DNA from: an uncultured bacterium
GTDB taxonomy: Bacteria > Babelota > Babeliae > Babelales > Vermiphilaceae
DNA: 64,000 bases
NCBI GenBank assembly: GCA_963713925.1
Contig: OY970212.1
Coordinates: 64,001 to 128,000 of the forward strand
Direction: 5' to 3'
Positions 38,837-47,552 of the stretch are shown here, piece after piece. Under the pieces are notes generated by a model. It was given only the letters and a program-made list of their open reading frames with translations. It was not told the DNA's origin and did no database searches. Position numbers and translations under genes: made by a program. Position 1 is the first letter of the stretch. Each line of letters begins with the position of its first letter.

Positions 38837-39535
38837 ATGATAAAAGCAAAACGCTTTTCAAATCAGCAGGAAAAATTCAGAAAGAATTACTTTGAATCTG
38901 TAGCCTGGCAGGCAAACCAGGTTGTTTGCGGAATTGATGAGGTAGGGAGAGGGTGTTTAGCTGGCCCCCTGGTTACAGCTGCTGTCATATTGCCCCAGGG
39001 AAAAGCCCCTGCGTTCTTAAAAGATTCAAAGCTGATGACCCTAGAAGAACGCCTGAAAGCGTCTGTCTGGATCAAAAAACACTGTTTTTACAGCTATGGG
39101 ATCGTCAACCATCGAGCAATCGATACCCATAATATTTGGCATGCAACCCTGATTGCCATGAAAAAAGCGCTGTTGCACCTGTTGGCCTATGCCCCCAGAC
39201 CAGAATCTATCCTGATTGATGCTATGCCGCTCCGCCTGGCGGACACCTGCGTGGCTGATATCCCCGTTCACTATTTCCCCAAAGGAGAGAAACTCTCCAG
39301 CTCAATAGCCGCAGCGTCGATTATTGCAAAAGTAAAAAGGGATAGCTTGATGGAATCGTACAATGCCATTATTCCAGGCTATGCACTCGAGCAACACAAG
39401 GGATATGCGACCGCCCAACATCGAGAATCGATTATCACCTGCAACGCTTCGATCATACACAGAAGAAGTTTCCTCAAATCTGATATAACTTTAGAATACA
39501 CTGATGAATACAATGACCAACAAACCATTTTCTGA
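38837..39535 (+). CDS. rnhB: ribonuclease HII
   Basis: GIDEVGRGCLAGP, DSK, IAAASIIAKV.RD, HKGY.T..H, HRRSF. Confidence 0.95.
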   Translation: MIKAKRFSNQQEKFRKNYFESVAWQANQVVCGIDEVGRGCLAGPLVTAAVILPQGKAPAFLKDSKLMTLEERLKASVWIKKHCFYSYGIVNHRAIDTHNIWHATLIAMKKALLHLLAYAPRPESILIDAMPLRLADTCVADIPVHYFPKGEKLSSSIAAASIIAKVKRDSLMESYNAIIPGYALEQHKGYATAQHRESIITCNASIIHRRSFLKSDITLEYTDEYNDQQTIF

Positions 39536-40103
39536 AATTATTGAAAGCTCGCTGACACACTGGCTTGCTCAAAACTGGCAATGGGATGCGCTGATCCCGT
39601 TTGGTTCAATTGTTCAGGTGACTCATCAACAAACGACGCTTTATGGCGTTGTGAGCCAAATTAACACCGGCACGATGGACCCGGTTCGCTATCCATTCCC
39701 CTATAAAAAAGATCTTGAACAGCTCAAGCGAGAGCAGCCCCAAATTTTTGAATTTTTAAAAACAACCATCAATTGCATCCCTCTGGCATACAAATATAAG
39801 GGATCAATTGTGTATCAACTGCCTGGAACGCCGCCGCCGATACATTCTTTTGTGAGCTCCGTGTGCATGGATGATATAAAAGATCTTTTGAGTTCCGAAC
39901 GATATTTGCATGTGCTCTTTTCTTCAGTGCAACAAGGCTCAAATCTTGATGAACTTATTTTGGCTTTAATACGACAACAAATTGAGTTAAAAATGTTTAC
40001 CGGCGAACGGATTGATCGCTTTGCATCAACTTTTTCTTTGTTGGTAGGAAATGATTATCGACGATTAAAATTGTTTTTACAACGAGTAGAGCCAATGTTA
40101 TAA
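39504..40103 (+). CDS. HAS-barrel-like conserved protein
   Basis: E.IESS......Q, P.FGSIV, YG.V..I.T, EQPQIFE.L.T, PPPIH. Confidence 0.55.
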   Translation: MNTMTNKPFSEIIESSLTHWLAQNWQWDALIPFGSIVQVTHQQTTLYGVVSQINTGTMDPVRYPFPYKKDLEQLKREQPQIFEFLKTTINCIPLAYKYKGSIVYQLPGTPPPIHSFVSSVCMDDIKDLLSSERYLHVLFSSVQQGSNLDELILALIRQQIELKMFTGERIDRFASTFSLLVGNDYRRLKLFLQRVEPML

Positions 40104-40203
40104 CCCCACGCTAACGCACGCGGACTCCAAAAAATCGCACGGGTTTAATTGATTTTATTACGTGTCATATTTGCTGAAGAGATTGTATGAACTATATTTT
40201 GAA

Positions 40204-40355
40204 GATCCTGAAACGAGTTCAGGATGACATTTTAAGTGTCTGTTGAATTTTTTGATAAGAAGAGATCGATGTTATTTGGGTTTTATATTTTGTTAACGTG
40301 TTATGATTTTCTCTGGCAACTCCTTGTTGTGTCATCCTGAACTCGTTTCAGGATC
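40204..40355. repeat. inverted pair of 26-bp GTCA-tagged palindromes upstream of the GIY-YIG gene
   Basis: 40204-40229 is the exact reverse complement of 40330-40355 (TGTCATCCTGAACTCGTTTCAGGATC); 100-bp AT-rich spacer. Confidence 0.9.
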
Positions 40356-40370
40356 CAATTTTTAACAATT

Positions 40371-40682
40371 ATGAAAAAATATTATGTTTACATACTCACT
40401 AATAAATACAGAGGAACTCTTTATACAGGGGTTACCAATGATTTGCAGCGAAGAATAAAAGAACGTAAAGAAAAACTCATTGCGGGTTTTACTAAAAGAT
40501 ACAGTTTGACCAAACTTGTGTATGTGGAAGCATTTGAACATATCGAAGATGCTCTCAATGCGGAAAAAAGATTAAAGCGGTGGCATAGAGAATGGAAGAT
40601 TGATTTAATTGAAAAAAATAATTCCTTATGGAAGGACTTGTATGAACTCTATTTTGAAGATCCTGAAACAAGTGCCTGTTGA
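40371..40682 (+). CDS. small stand-alone GIY-YIG nuclease family protein
   Basis: YYVYIL...TLYTGVTNDL.RR, FT.RY...KLVY.E, A...EK.LK.W.R.WK..LIE..N..W.DL. Confidence 0.9.
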   Translation: MKKYYVYILTNKYRGTLYTGVTNDLQRRIKERKEKLIAGFTKRYSLTKLVYVEAFEHIEDALNAEKRLKRWHREWKIDLIEKNNSLWKDLYELYFEDPETSAC

Positions 40683-40819
40683 CATTTTATAGTTTCCGTA
40701 AAACAAATTGCCACGAATTGAGGTTCGTGTAATGTTTAAGAGCGGGATTTATACAAAAAGAAAATTAAGTTTTATAAAAAGATCATATCATTTTGTCATC
40801 CTGAACTTGTTTCAGGATC
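40659..40819. repeat. second inverted pair of the same palindrome, overlapping and downstream of the GIY-YIG gene
   Basis: Degenerate rc copy GATCCTGAAACAAGTGCCTGTTGACA at 40659-40684 and intact TGTCATCCTGAACTTGTTTCAGGATC at 40794-40819. Confidence 0.85.
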
Positions 40820-40862
40820 TATTCAACTAAGATATTGTACCGATAAAAGCGTAGGATAAAAT

Positions 40863-41756
40863 ATGTTTGGATTTGTAAAAAACGCACTCTCTAAAATATA
40901 TCAACAAGTCACCTCAAAGCTTGCAGGTTTATTCGGTCGCACCGCAGTCGATGAGGCAACCCTCAAAGAGCTAGAGATTATTTTGCTCTCGGCAGATACG
41001 GGCGTTTCAACAACCCGCATGGTGATTGAAAATATCAAAAATAAAGTGAACAAAGGGATCATTGCAACCGGAACTGATTTAAAACAAGCACTTAAAGAAG
41101 AACTCAGAACTATCCTAAAACCAGTTGACCCGACAATTGAAAATAAAAATGTTTTTTTACTTGTGGGGATCAATGGCAGTGGAAAAACAACCTGTGCCGC
41201 AAAACTAGCTCATCGGTTTATCAAACAAGGCAAAAAAGTGTTGCTCGCAGCAGCTGACACATTCCGCGCAGCGGCCGTTGACCAGCTGACCACCTGGGCA
41301 GCAAAAATAGGCGCCACAATTGTGCAAGGCAACCCGGGCCAAGACCCTGCTTCGGTGATTTATCAAGCATGCGAACAGTTTAAAACCGGGGGCTATGATG
41401 TGCTTATTATCGACACAGCCGGCCGCCTGCAAAGTAAAGCCAACCTCATGAAAGAGCTTGAAAAATGCAAGAAAACAGTCCAAAAACAGCTTCCAAATGC
41501 AAAAACAGTGACTCTCCTGACCATTGACGGCATGCTTGGCCAAAACTCGTTTGAACAGGCCAAATTATTCCACGAAAGCACCCAATTAGATGGCATTATT
41601 TTGACCAAAATGGACGGCTCAGGCAAAGGGGGCATCGTTTTTGGGGTAGCCCATCAACTTGGCATCCCGACCCTGTATATCTCCTTTGGGGAAGGCTTGG
41701 AAGATATAGCCTTGTTTGAACCTGAAAAATACCTGGAAGAATTGGTTGAAAAATAG
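40863..41756 (+). CDS. ftsY: signal recognition particle receptor FtsY
   Basis: [37 protein letters not shown]. Confidence 0.96.
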   Translation: MFGFVKNALSKIYQQVTSKLAGLFGRTAVDEATLKELEIILLSADTGVSTTRMVIENIKNKVNKGIIATGTDLKQALKEELRTILKPVDPTIENKNVFLLVGINGSGKTTCAAKLAHRFIKQGKKVLLAAADTFRAAAVDQLTTWAAKIGATIVQGNPGQDPASVIYQACEQFKTGGYDVLIIDTAGRLQSKANLMKELEKCKKTVQKQLPNAKTVTLLTIDGMLGQNSFEQAKLFHESTQLDGIILTKMDGSGKGGIVFGVAHQLGIPTLYISFGEGLEDIALFEPEKYLEELVEK

Positions 41757-41822
41757 GTTTAAATTGACAAATAGAAAACTTCTGTTATTCTATTAATAAC
41801 TACTAAAAAGGTTATAAAAATG

Positions 41823-41887
41823 GCCTGCCCCGCCGTAGCTTAACTCCCCCCTAAGGGATTTACTACGAAGTAAGGGCGAAGGCTGGG
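41823..41887 (+). repeat. palindromic repeat copy in the 5' UTR of the 482-aa gene
   Basis: GCCTGCCCCGCCGTAGCT...GGCGAAGGCTGGG; ends match the 50737 and 34591 modules. Confidence 0.65.
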
Positions 41888-41895
41888 AGAAACAG

Positions 41896-43344
41896 ATGAA
41901 AAAGTTACTATTTTTTACCCTTTCATTATCGGCTTTATTCACAGCAAAATCTGCGAATGCAATGGCACGATTTTTGCCAAAAAGCAACGTTTCAAGAGCA
42001 GCTGTTGCTGCAGGTACCGCTTTTGTGGCAACACAATCTGAATCTGTGCTCAATATGCTGAGAGTTGCTGCTTTGCAAAGCGAAACCGTTCACAGTTATT
42101 TGCAAACAAATCATCCGGAAAAGCTTGAAAAATATTTCGTGCAGCCATTGAAAAAAGGCGCTGGATATAACTCTGTAAAGGAGTATTTTTCAGAATTACC
42201 CACCAAGCGATATTTGAAAAAAGCTATTCTCAAAACATTCGATAAAAGAGGTATTCCATTCCGATTATCAAACACGGAAAGTACACTTTTGTTTCGAAAT
42301 AATGCAGATGTTCTTTTCTGGGGCGGAGACAGACATGTCAGCGTCAGCAAATCTGGTCCTCATATGCGAACACTTAATGCCATGTTGCAATCAGAAAAAG
42401 ATATAGCATCATCAGGATTATCTGTGCAATATCACGCACTTACTCCCGATAGATACGGAACATTATTCCTAGAAACACAACTTGATCAACTCGCAAACAA
42501 ATCTCAAGCCAATGATTTTCTCAAATTGCGTCCAAGTAATTTTTTACAAGAGAAATATCTTCAAAATAAATATATCACTTTGCTTGATAGAGCAAAAAAT
42601 CCACTCATGAGTAATGAAACAATACTTCGGTATAGACTCATGAAATGCAAAGGTTCAGATAGTTTTTACTCCAATAGAGAAAATGAAGAAAAACTCTGCA
42701 GAGATTGTTGTGATTATGGTAGTTTTTTTGCCGCACGCCTTCTTGCAACATCTCATACATTTGTCCCTCAATATGATAGCGTTTGTGCCGGAGATTTTTG
42801 GTTCAGACAGCTGGACTCTAAAAAAGATTTGAACCCTACAATTCAATCTCTATTGATGCGTTATCAGATGCCTCAATCGATACGTGAGTCATACGAAAAA
42901 CGTTTTGCTGAAACAATTCAAAAATTTAACGAAGAACAAACGAACACTAAAGGCGCTAATATCATGCTGCAATTGGGTATTTCAAAAAACTTACTCGATC
43001 AAACAAGCTATACTTCTCATGCAGGCGGTATAAAGCGTAACGTTTATTACAGAACAAAATCAGGAAATGTTGAAAAATTCAATTCGACTCACGAATACCT
43101 TGAACAAGTGAGAAAAAATCCGACAATGCTTGTTGATAAAGACAATAACCCAGCGAATGGTGGCATGGAAGAGATCCAATATCGATTGATTTTAGATCAG
43201 GACCTCTTGCTTAATCAAAAAGCTGTCGGCGATCAATTTAAGGTGAAAGCCTACACCCGCGATCAAAACGATATCATTGCGTTTCATCAAAAAATGGAAC
43301 ACATTCTTAATGATTTGAAAGAAGATATCAAAAAGCATTCATGA
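41896..43344 (+). CDS. hypothetical secreted protein
   Basis: MKKLLFF signal peptide; 482 aa; no confident motif. Confidence 0.65.
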   Translation: MKKLLFFTLSLSALFTAKSANAMARFLPKSNVSRAAVAAGTAFVATQSESVLNMLRVAALQSETVHSYLQTNHPEKLEKYFVQPLKKGAGYNSVKEYFSELPTKRYLKKAILKTFDKRGIPFRLSNTESTLLFRNNADVLFWGGDRHVSVSKSGPHMRTLNAMLQSEKDIASSGLSVQYHALTPDRYGTLFLETQLDQLANKSQANDFLKLRPSNFLQEKYLQNKYITLLDRAKNPLMSNETILRYRLMKCKGSDSFYSNRENEEKLCRDCCDYGSFFAARLLATSHTFVPQYDSVCAGDFWFRQLDSKKDLNPTIQSLLMRYQMPQSIRESYEKRFAETIQKFNEEQTNTKGANIMLQLGISKNLLDQTSYTSHAGGIKRNVYYRTKSGNVEKFNSTHEYLEQVRKNPTMLVDKDNNPANGGMEEIQYRLILDQDLLLNQKAVGDQFKVKAYTRDQNDIIAFHQKMEHILNDLKEDIKKHS

Positions 43345-43356
43345 AACATTTGAATG

Positions 43357-43467
43357 GGCATTCCAATCCCGTATATTTCGTTTGGGGCTTGGAGGATATT
43401 GCCCTGTTTGAACCTGAAAAAAGACCTGGAAGAACTGGTTGAAAAATAGCCATAAATTGACAAATAG
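43357..43467 (+). pseudogene. degenerate duplicate of the ftsY 3' end plus downstream TTGACA promoter
   Basis: Co-linear with 41661-41774 (e.g. TGTTTGAACCTGAAAAA, CCTGGAAGAA.TGGTTGAAAAATAG, TAAATTGACAAATAGA), with small indels. Confidence 0.85.
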
Positions 43468-43538
43468 ACAAAATATGATATCGTGATTAATATAATCCAA
43501 AGCGTGTAATTAATAAGTTAATTTTTATTGGAGAACAC

Positions 43539-44264
43539 ATGAAACGTCTATTTTTATCAATATTATGCCTTTTTGTGGCACACGCCCAAGCAAGCCATCT
43601 ATTTTCAGATGCACAAAAAGAAAAATTTAATTCTGCATTCAATTATGCAAACTCTGCAATCCGTCGCGCAGCATGGGTCTACGGGCCAACCGCAGTCTCA
43701 ACCGTTGCAGCAATTGCATCATTTGAAGTTGCAAGACGACAAAAAGGTACATGGCGCAAATTCGGCGTTGGTTTAGGCGGGAATGGAATTGGATTTTTGG
43801 CGGCCAATACGCTAAAAAATTATTTAAGTGATCAAGAAAAGAAGGCTGGAGTCAAAATGTCTTACTCTGTGCATGATGCGAGCAATATCCATGCCTACAC
43901 ATCACTGGTTGGTGGTGTTCTTTCTGCAGCATACTCAGTGCATCAAATAGATCAGAAAATGAGATCTTTGGAAAGAACTCATACAAACGTCGCTGCTCAG
44001 CTTAAGGAGCGTAGTGAAGCATGTACAGAATATGCTATTTGGTATACCAAAGATAAAGAGACAATAAAACAGCTACAATCAGAGATAGACAACTTTAAAA
44101 AAGATATTGAGTGTAAGATTCCCGTAGGAACGCACTCAATCCGTGATGCCGACTTTAACGCAATTCCAGCGGAGGGATCTACATATACTGTAAGATGTTC
44201 TAACTGTAACACTGAAACGTCTTACACAAACTTACGCAAGAGAGGCGAAATACACATTCTATAA
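43539..44264 (+). CDS. hypothetical secreted/membrane protein with coiled coil and C-terminal Cys/His cluster
   Basis: GGAG RBS, signal peptide, hydrophobic segments, C...H...CSNC. Confidence 0.6.
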   Translation: MKRLFLSILCLFVAHAQASHLFSDAQKEKFNSAFNYANSAIRRAAWVYGPTAVSTVAAIASFEVARRQKGTWRKFGVGLGGNGIGFLAANTLKNYLSDQEKKAGVKMSYSVHDASNIHAYTSLVGGVLSAAYSVHQIDQKMRSLERTHTNVAAQLKERSEACTEYAIWYTKDKETIKQLQSEIDNFKKDIECKIPVGTHSIRDADFNAIPAEGSTYTVRCSNCNTETSYTNLRKRGEIHIL

Positions 44265-44275
44265 AGGATTATCAC

Positions 44276-44306
44276 AAAAGAGGCCTTCGATTGAAGGCCT
44301 CTTTTC
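44276..44306. terminator. bidirectional intrinsic terminator
   Basis: AAAAGAGGCCTTC-gatt-GAAGGCCTCTTTT. Confidence 0.8.
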
Positions 44307-45809
44307 TTATTCAATCTTACTTTGGCTCATCTTGAAACTCTTCTGAGAGACTAACGTGATCTTGCAACCATACTGCTTTTCTAAATCGAGTATCGAATCA
44401 TATTCAGTCGAGGTGATATACTCAAAAATATCCGGATGCAACGAAAGCTGCACGTGAATCATCTTATTCTTCTCAACCGCAGCTCGAAGCGCTCTTAAGA
44501 TCTGATAACTTTCTGTCTCAAGAGATTTTACTACTCCAAGCCCATGGCACTGTTGGCAGGAATCCATCAACTGCTGGCTCAACGTTTTTCCCGAGCGCTT
44601 TCTGGTCATTTGCACAAGCCCAAACTCGGAAATCTTCAACACAACAGACTGGAACTTATCTTGTTCTCGCAATGTTTTTTCAAAGAATTTGAACAATTTT
44701 TGCCTGTTGGAGACAATGCTCATATCGATAAAGTCAATAACGATCAACCCGCCGATATTACGTAAGCGCAATTGTCTGACAATTTCCTGAGCTGCTTCCA
44801 AGTTGGTCTTCAAAATTGTCTCTTCAAGGCTCTTTTTACCGGTATACTTGCCGGTATTCACGTCGATAACATTCATCGCCTCGGTCGACTCTATGATCAA
44901 TGAACCGCCCGATTTGAGGGGTACCTTACGATCAAGCGCGGCTTCTATCTGTCTTTCAACGTTAAAATGGTCAAAAAGTGTCTGATGTTCTTGATATAAA
45001 AGCACCCGTTGAGAATATTCGGGGGCAATTAGTTTAACAAAAGAGTAGACCTTTTTTTGCATGTCCTTGGTGTCACAAATGACCGATTCGACATCTTCAT
45101 CAAGATGATCCCGAACGATCTGCAAAGGGAGTTCTATGTCTTCATGAAGTCGTTCCTGAGGAGCGGCAGCTTGATATTTTTTCTCAATCACTCTCCACGT
45201 TTCGACCAAGAAATCAACATCTTTTTTAATTTCATCGTCTTTCCTGCCATCAGAGGTGGTTCGTATAATCGCCCCCATGCCTTCAGGCAGCAAGCCTTTG
45301 ACTATCCCTTTTAGCCTGTTGCGTTCCTCACGATCATCTATTTTTTTTGAAATTCCGATGCGAGGGATGTTTGGCATTAAGACAATAAAACGTCCTGGCA
45401 ATGTGAAGCAGGTTGAAAGCTTGGCGCCTTTTTCATAGACCGGTTCTTTGCTAACCTGAACCAATATAGGGTCACCCTCTTTGAGAATGGTGCTGATATC
45501 AATCGAGTTTTTTTGTATTCTCGGTTTTACTACTACTTCATCATCATCAAGCGATTCATGGTCGCTCATTTTTTCAATTGCCATTTCGCGATCGATTTCT
45601 GAAATATGTAAAAAGCCGGCTTTTTCCTGGCCAATATCAACAAATGCCGTTTGTATTCCGGGCAAAACCTTAGTGATGGTTCCCTTAAAAAATACACGCT
45701 CTAAAGGATGTTCTACATGCGCCGCAAAATAGATGTTTTGCAACAGCCCTTCCTTGGTGATTGCTATACGAGTTTGCCAAGGATTGTGATTTATTAAAAT
45801 TTTTTTCAT
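44307..45809 (-). CDS. rng: Rne/Rng family ribonuclease (RNase G-length)
   Basis: VLPGIQTAFVDIG, IDVNTG, LRLRNIGGLIVIDFIDM, FGLVQMTRKR, C..C.G.G. Confidence 0.93.
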   Translation of the reverse strand: MKKILINHNPWQTRIAITKEGLLQNIYFAAHVEHPLERVFFKGTITKVLPGIQTAFVDIGQEKAGFLHISEIDREMAIEKMSDHESLDDDEVVVKPRIQKNSIDISTILKEGDPILVQVSKEPVYEKGAKLSTCFTLPGRFIVLMPNIPRIGISKKIDDREERNRLKGIVKGLLPEGMGAIIRTTSDGRKDDEIKKDVDFLVETWRVIEKKYQAAAPQERLHEDIELPLQIVRDHLDEDVESVICDTKDMQKKVYSFVKLIAPEYSQRVLLYQEHQTLFDHFNVERQIEAALDRKVPLKSGGSLIIESTEAMNVIDVNTGKYTGKKSLEETILKTNLEAAQEIVRQLRLRNIGGLIVIDFIDMSIVSNRQKLFKFFEKTLREQDKFQSVVLKISEFGLVQMTRKRSGKTLSQQLMDSCQQCHGLGVVKSLETESYQILRALRAAVEKNKMIHVQLSLHPDIFEYITSTEYDSILDLEKQYGCKITLVSQKSFKMSQSKIE

Positions 45810-45996
45810 TGAAGAATTTTTTACCTGTTAAATATATATTTTCTATTCTCATTGTCCAATATGATTATGCGGAAATGAGCAAATCTTTTGTGAAAAGTAT
45901 ACTCCCTTTAATTAAAAATGGGTAGAAAAGAGCGTTAAAATGTGATAAAGTCCTGGTGGCAAGATAGAAAAACAACAACCTTTAAAGGAGGACTTC

Positions 45997-46644
45997 ATGA
46001 AAAAAGTATGTGCCCTTGCCCTTGTCTTATTACTCAGCTTGCCTGGCTGCTGGTGGAGACGTAAAAAGGTAGAAACAAAGCCAAGAAATGAAGTGTATAA
46101 AACCGTAGACATACCAGTCGCCGGTGATTCCATAGAAAAGCAAAGCTTCTATGATAGCGATATCGCAGACTTCATTGGTCAAGATGAACTTCCATCTGCT
46201 GTTGATATAGATCAACTTCCTGCAGACGAGCCTATGGCATACAAAGATGTTGCACCAGACGCTCAATTCAAGACAATTTACTTCGACTTTGATGGCGATA
46301 ACATTCGCGAAGATCAAAGAGCATCATTGTCATCCGATATTTCCATGATTAAAGAAAAGATGCAAAATCACGAATCTACCGGATTCACATCAGAAGTGCT
46401 TGTGGTAACAGAAGGACACTCATGTCATTCAGCTGGTTCTGAAGCATACAATATTGCGTTGTCGGAACGTCGCGCTAAAACAATACGTGATGCTTTAGTT
46501 GAGGAAGGAATTCCAGCTTCTGCCATCAAAATTGTTGGTCGTGGATCAGAAATGGCTGCTATCATTAATGGCAAACCGGTTGAAGGTGATCGTGAAGCCC
46601 AATGGCCAAACCGTCGCTGCGAAGTTAAAGTTATTTATACGTAA
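45997..46644 (+). CDS. Pal/OmpA-family peptidoglycan-binding lipoprotein
   Basis: LPGC lipobox; IYFDFD, EGH, YNIALSERRA, NRR. Confidence 0.88.
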   Translation: MKKVCALALVLLLSLPGCWWRRKKVETKPRNEVYKTVDIPVAGDSIEKQSFYDSDIADFIGQDELPSAVDIDQLPADEPMAYKDVAPDAQFKTIYFDFDGDNIREDQRASLSSDISMIKEKMQNHESTGFTSEVLVVTEGHSCHSAGSEAYNIALSERRAKTIRDALVEEGIPASAIKIVGRGSEMAAIINGKPVEGDREAQWPNRRCEVKVIYT

Positions 46645-46667
46645 AAATAACTTTACTCGAATAATTA

Positions 46668-46698
46668 ATCAGGGTTCCGCTCGGGCCCTGATTTTTTT
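46668..46698 (+). terminator. intrinsic terminator
   Basis: ATCAGGG-ttccgctcgggc-CCTGAT followed by a T run. Confidence 0.7.
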
Positions 46699-46775
46699 AT
46701 GGGCTCTGTTGCTTTTGTTGTCATGAAAAAAAGGTTGTATCTTCGTGTTTTGGTATCGCAAAAAAACACCTTACC

Positions 46776-46820
46776 CGTTCGTGGTGAGTGTAGCGTAGCG
46801 GAATCGAATCCATACGAACG
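46776..46820 (+). repeat. third copy of the CGTTCGTGGTGAG palindrome
   Basis: CGTTCGTGGTGAGTGTAGCGTAGCGGAATCGAATCCATACGAACG versus 21848-21890. Confidence 0.75.
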
Positions 46821-46858
46821 GAATGGCTATTTTTACAACTTCAAAAAATCAATTGCGC

Positions 46859-47395
46859 CTAATCTTTCAAATCGAGATCAACCGACACGGAATCTGTCTT
46901 CCTTTTCGGGGCACCAATCTCAAGTTTCACTTGTAATGAATGATCTTTGTAGGCATCATACGATTTTATCTTTTCTGCCAATCGAGCTCCAGTATGATAA
47001 TCGATCACTTCAAGTTCAACTTTATAACGACCCATATATCGATCGAATGTTAACTCAGACTTGAGCAACAACACAATTTGTGGATTTTTCATGCCATTTG
47101 CAAAAGAGGGTTCTGTTTCGAAACGAATAGATCGTGATGTTGCAAAATTGCTGAATTTCGCTTCAATAATACCGTTCTGAATATTGCGTGATCGAGTTAT
47201 CGTCTCTTCCGATAAAGAATAGTTAAAAGGCAATGTTTGTTTGGGCAAGATATTCGTTATAAAGCGATCGGATTCATCATACACACTCAGCTTTTTATTT
47301 AACTCGTTCTCAATTTCGACTAGATGAATTTGAAAGTGATTGGTGATTCCATAGAGTGGAAATGCACATACTACAGCAAGCATAGATATCTTCAT
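46859..47395 (-). CDS. hypothetical secreted beta-rich protein
   Basis: GGGGGA RBS region, signal-like N-terminus. Confidence 0.55.
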   Translation of the reverse strand: MKISMLAVVCAFPLYGITNHFQIHLVEIENELNKKLSVYDESDRFITNILPKQTLPFNYSLSEETITRSRNIQNGIIEAKFSNFATSRSIRFETEPSFANGMKNPQIVLLLKSELTFDRYMGRYKVELEVIDYHTGARLAEKIKSYDAYKDHSLQVKLEIGAPKRKTDSVSVDLDLKD

Positions 47396-47552
47396 TCATT
47401 ATCCCCCTTGAAATGAATTGTTTGCTTTTGAGTATAAATGACCGCCATTAGCAATTTCAATATTTTGTTCAAATGTATTTTATAAAAATATTGCAAAATG
47501 AATTATTTGCTGGATATAATCAATCTAGGCTCAACTTATACACGGAGAAATT

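Noticed and set aside
40204..40819. CRISPR array interpretation of the 26-bp palindromic repeats
   Set aside because: Copies alternate in orientation, spacers are 100-300 bp, one interval holds a gene, and no cas genes are present
46699..47064. 121-aa plus-strand ORF
   Set aside because: Starts in a terminator, crosses a repeat copy and overlaps a better minus-strand gene
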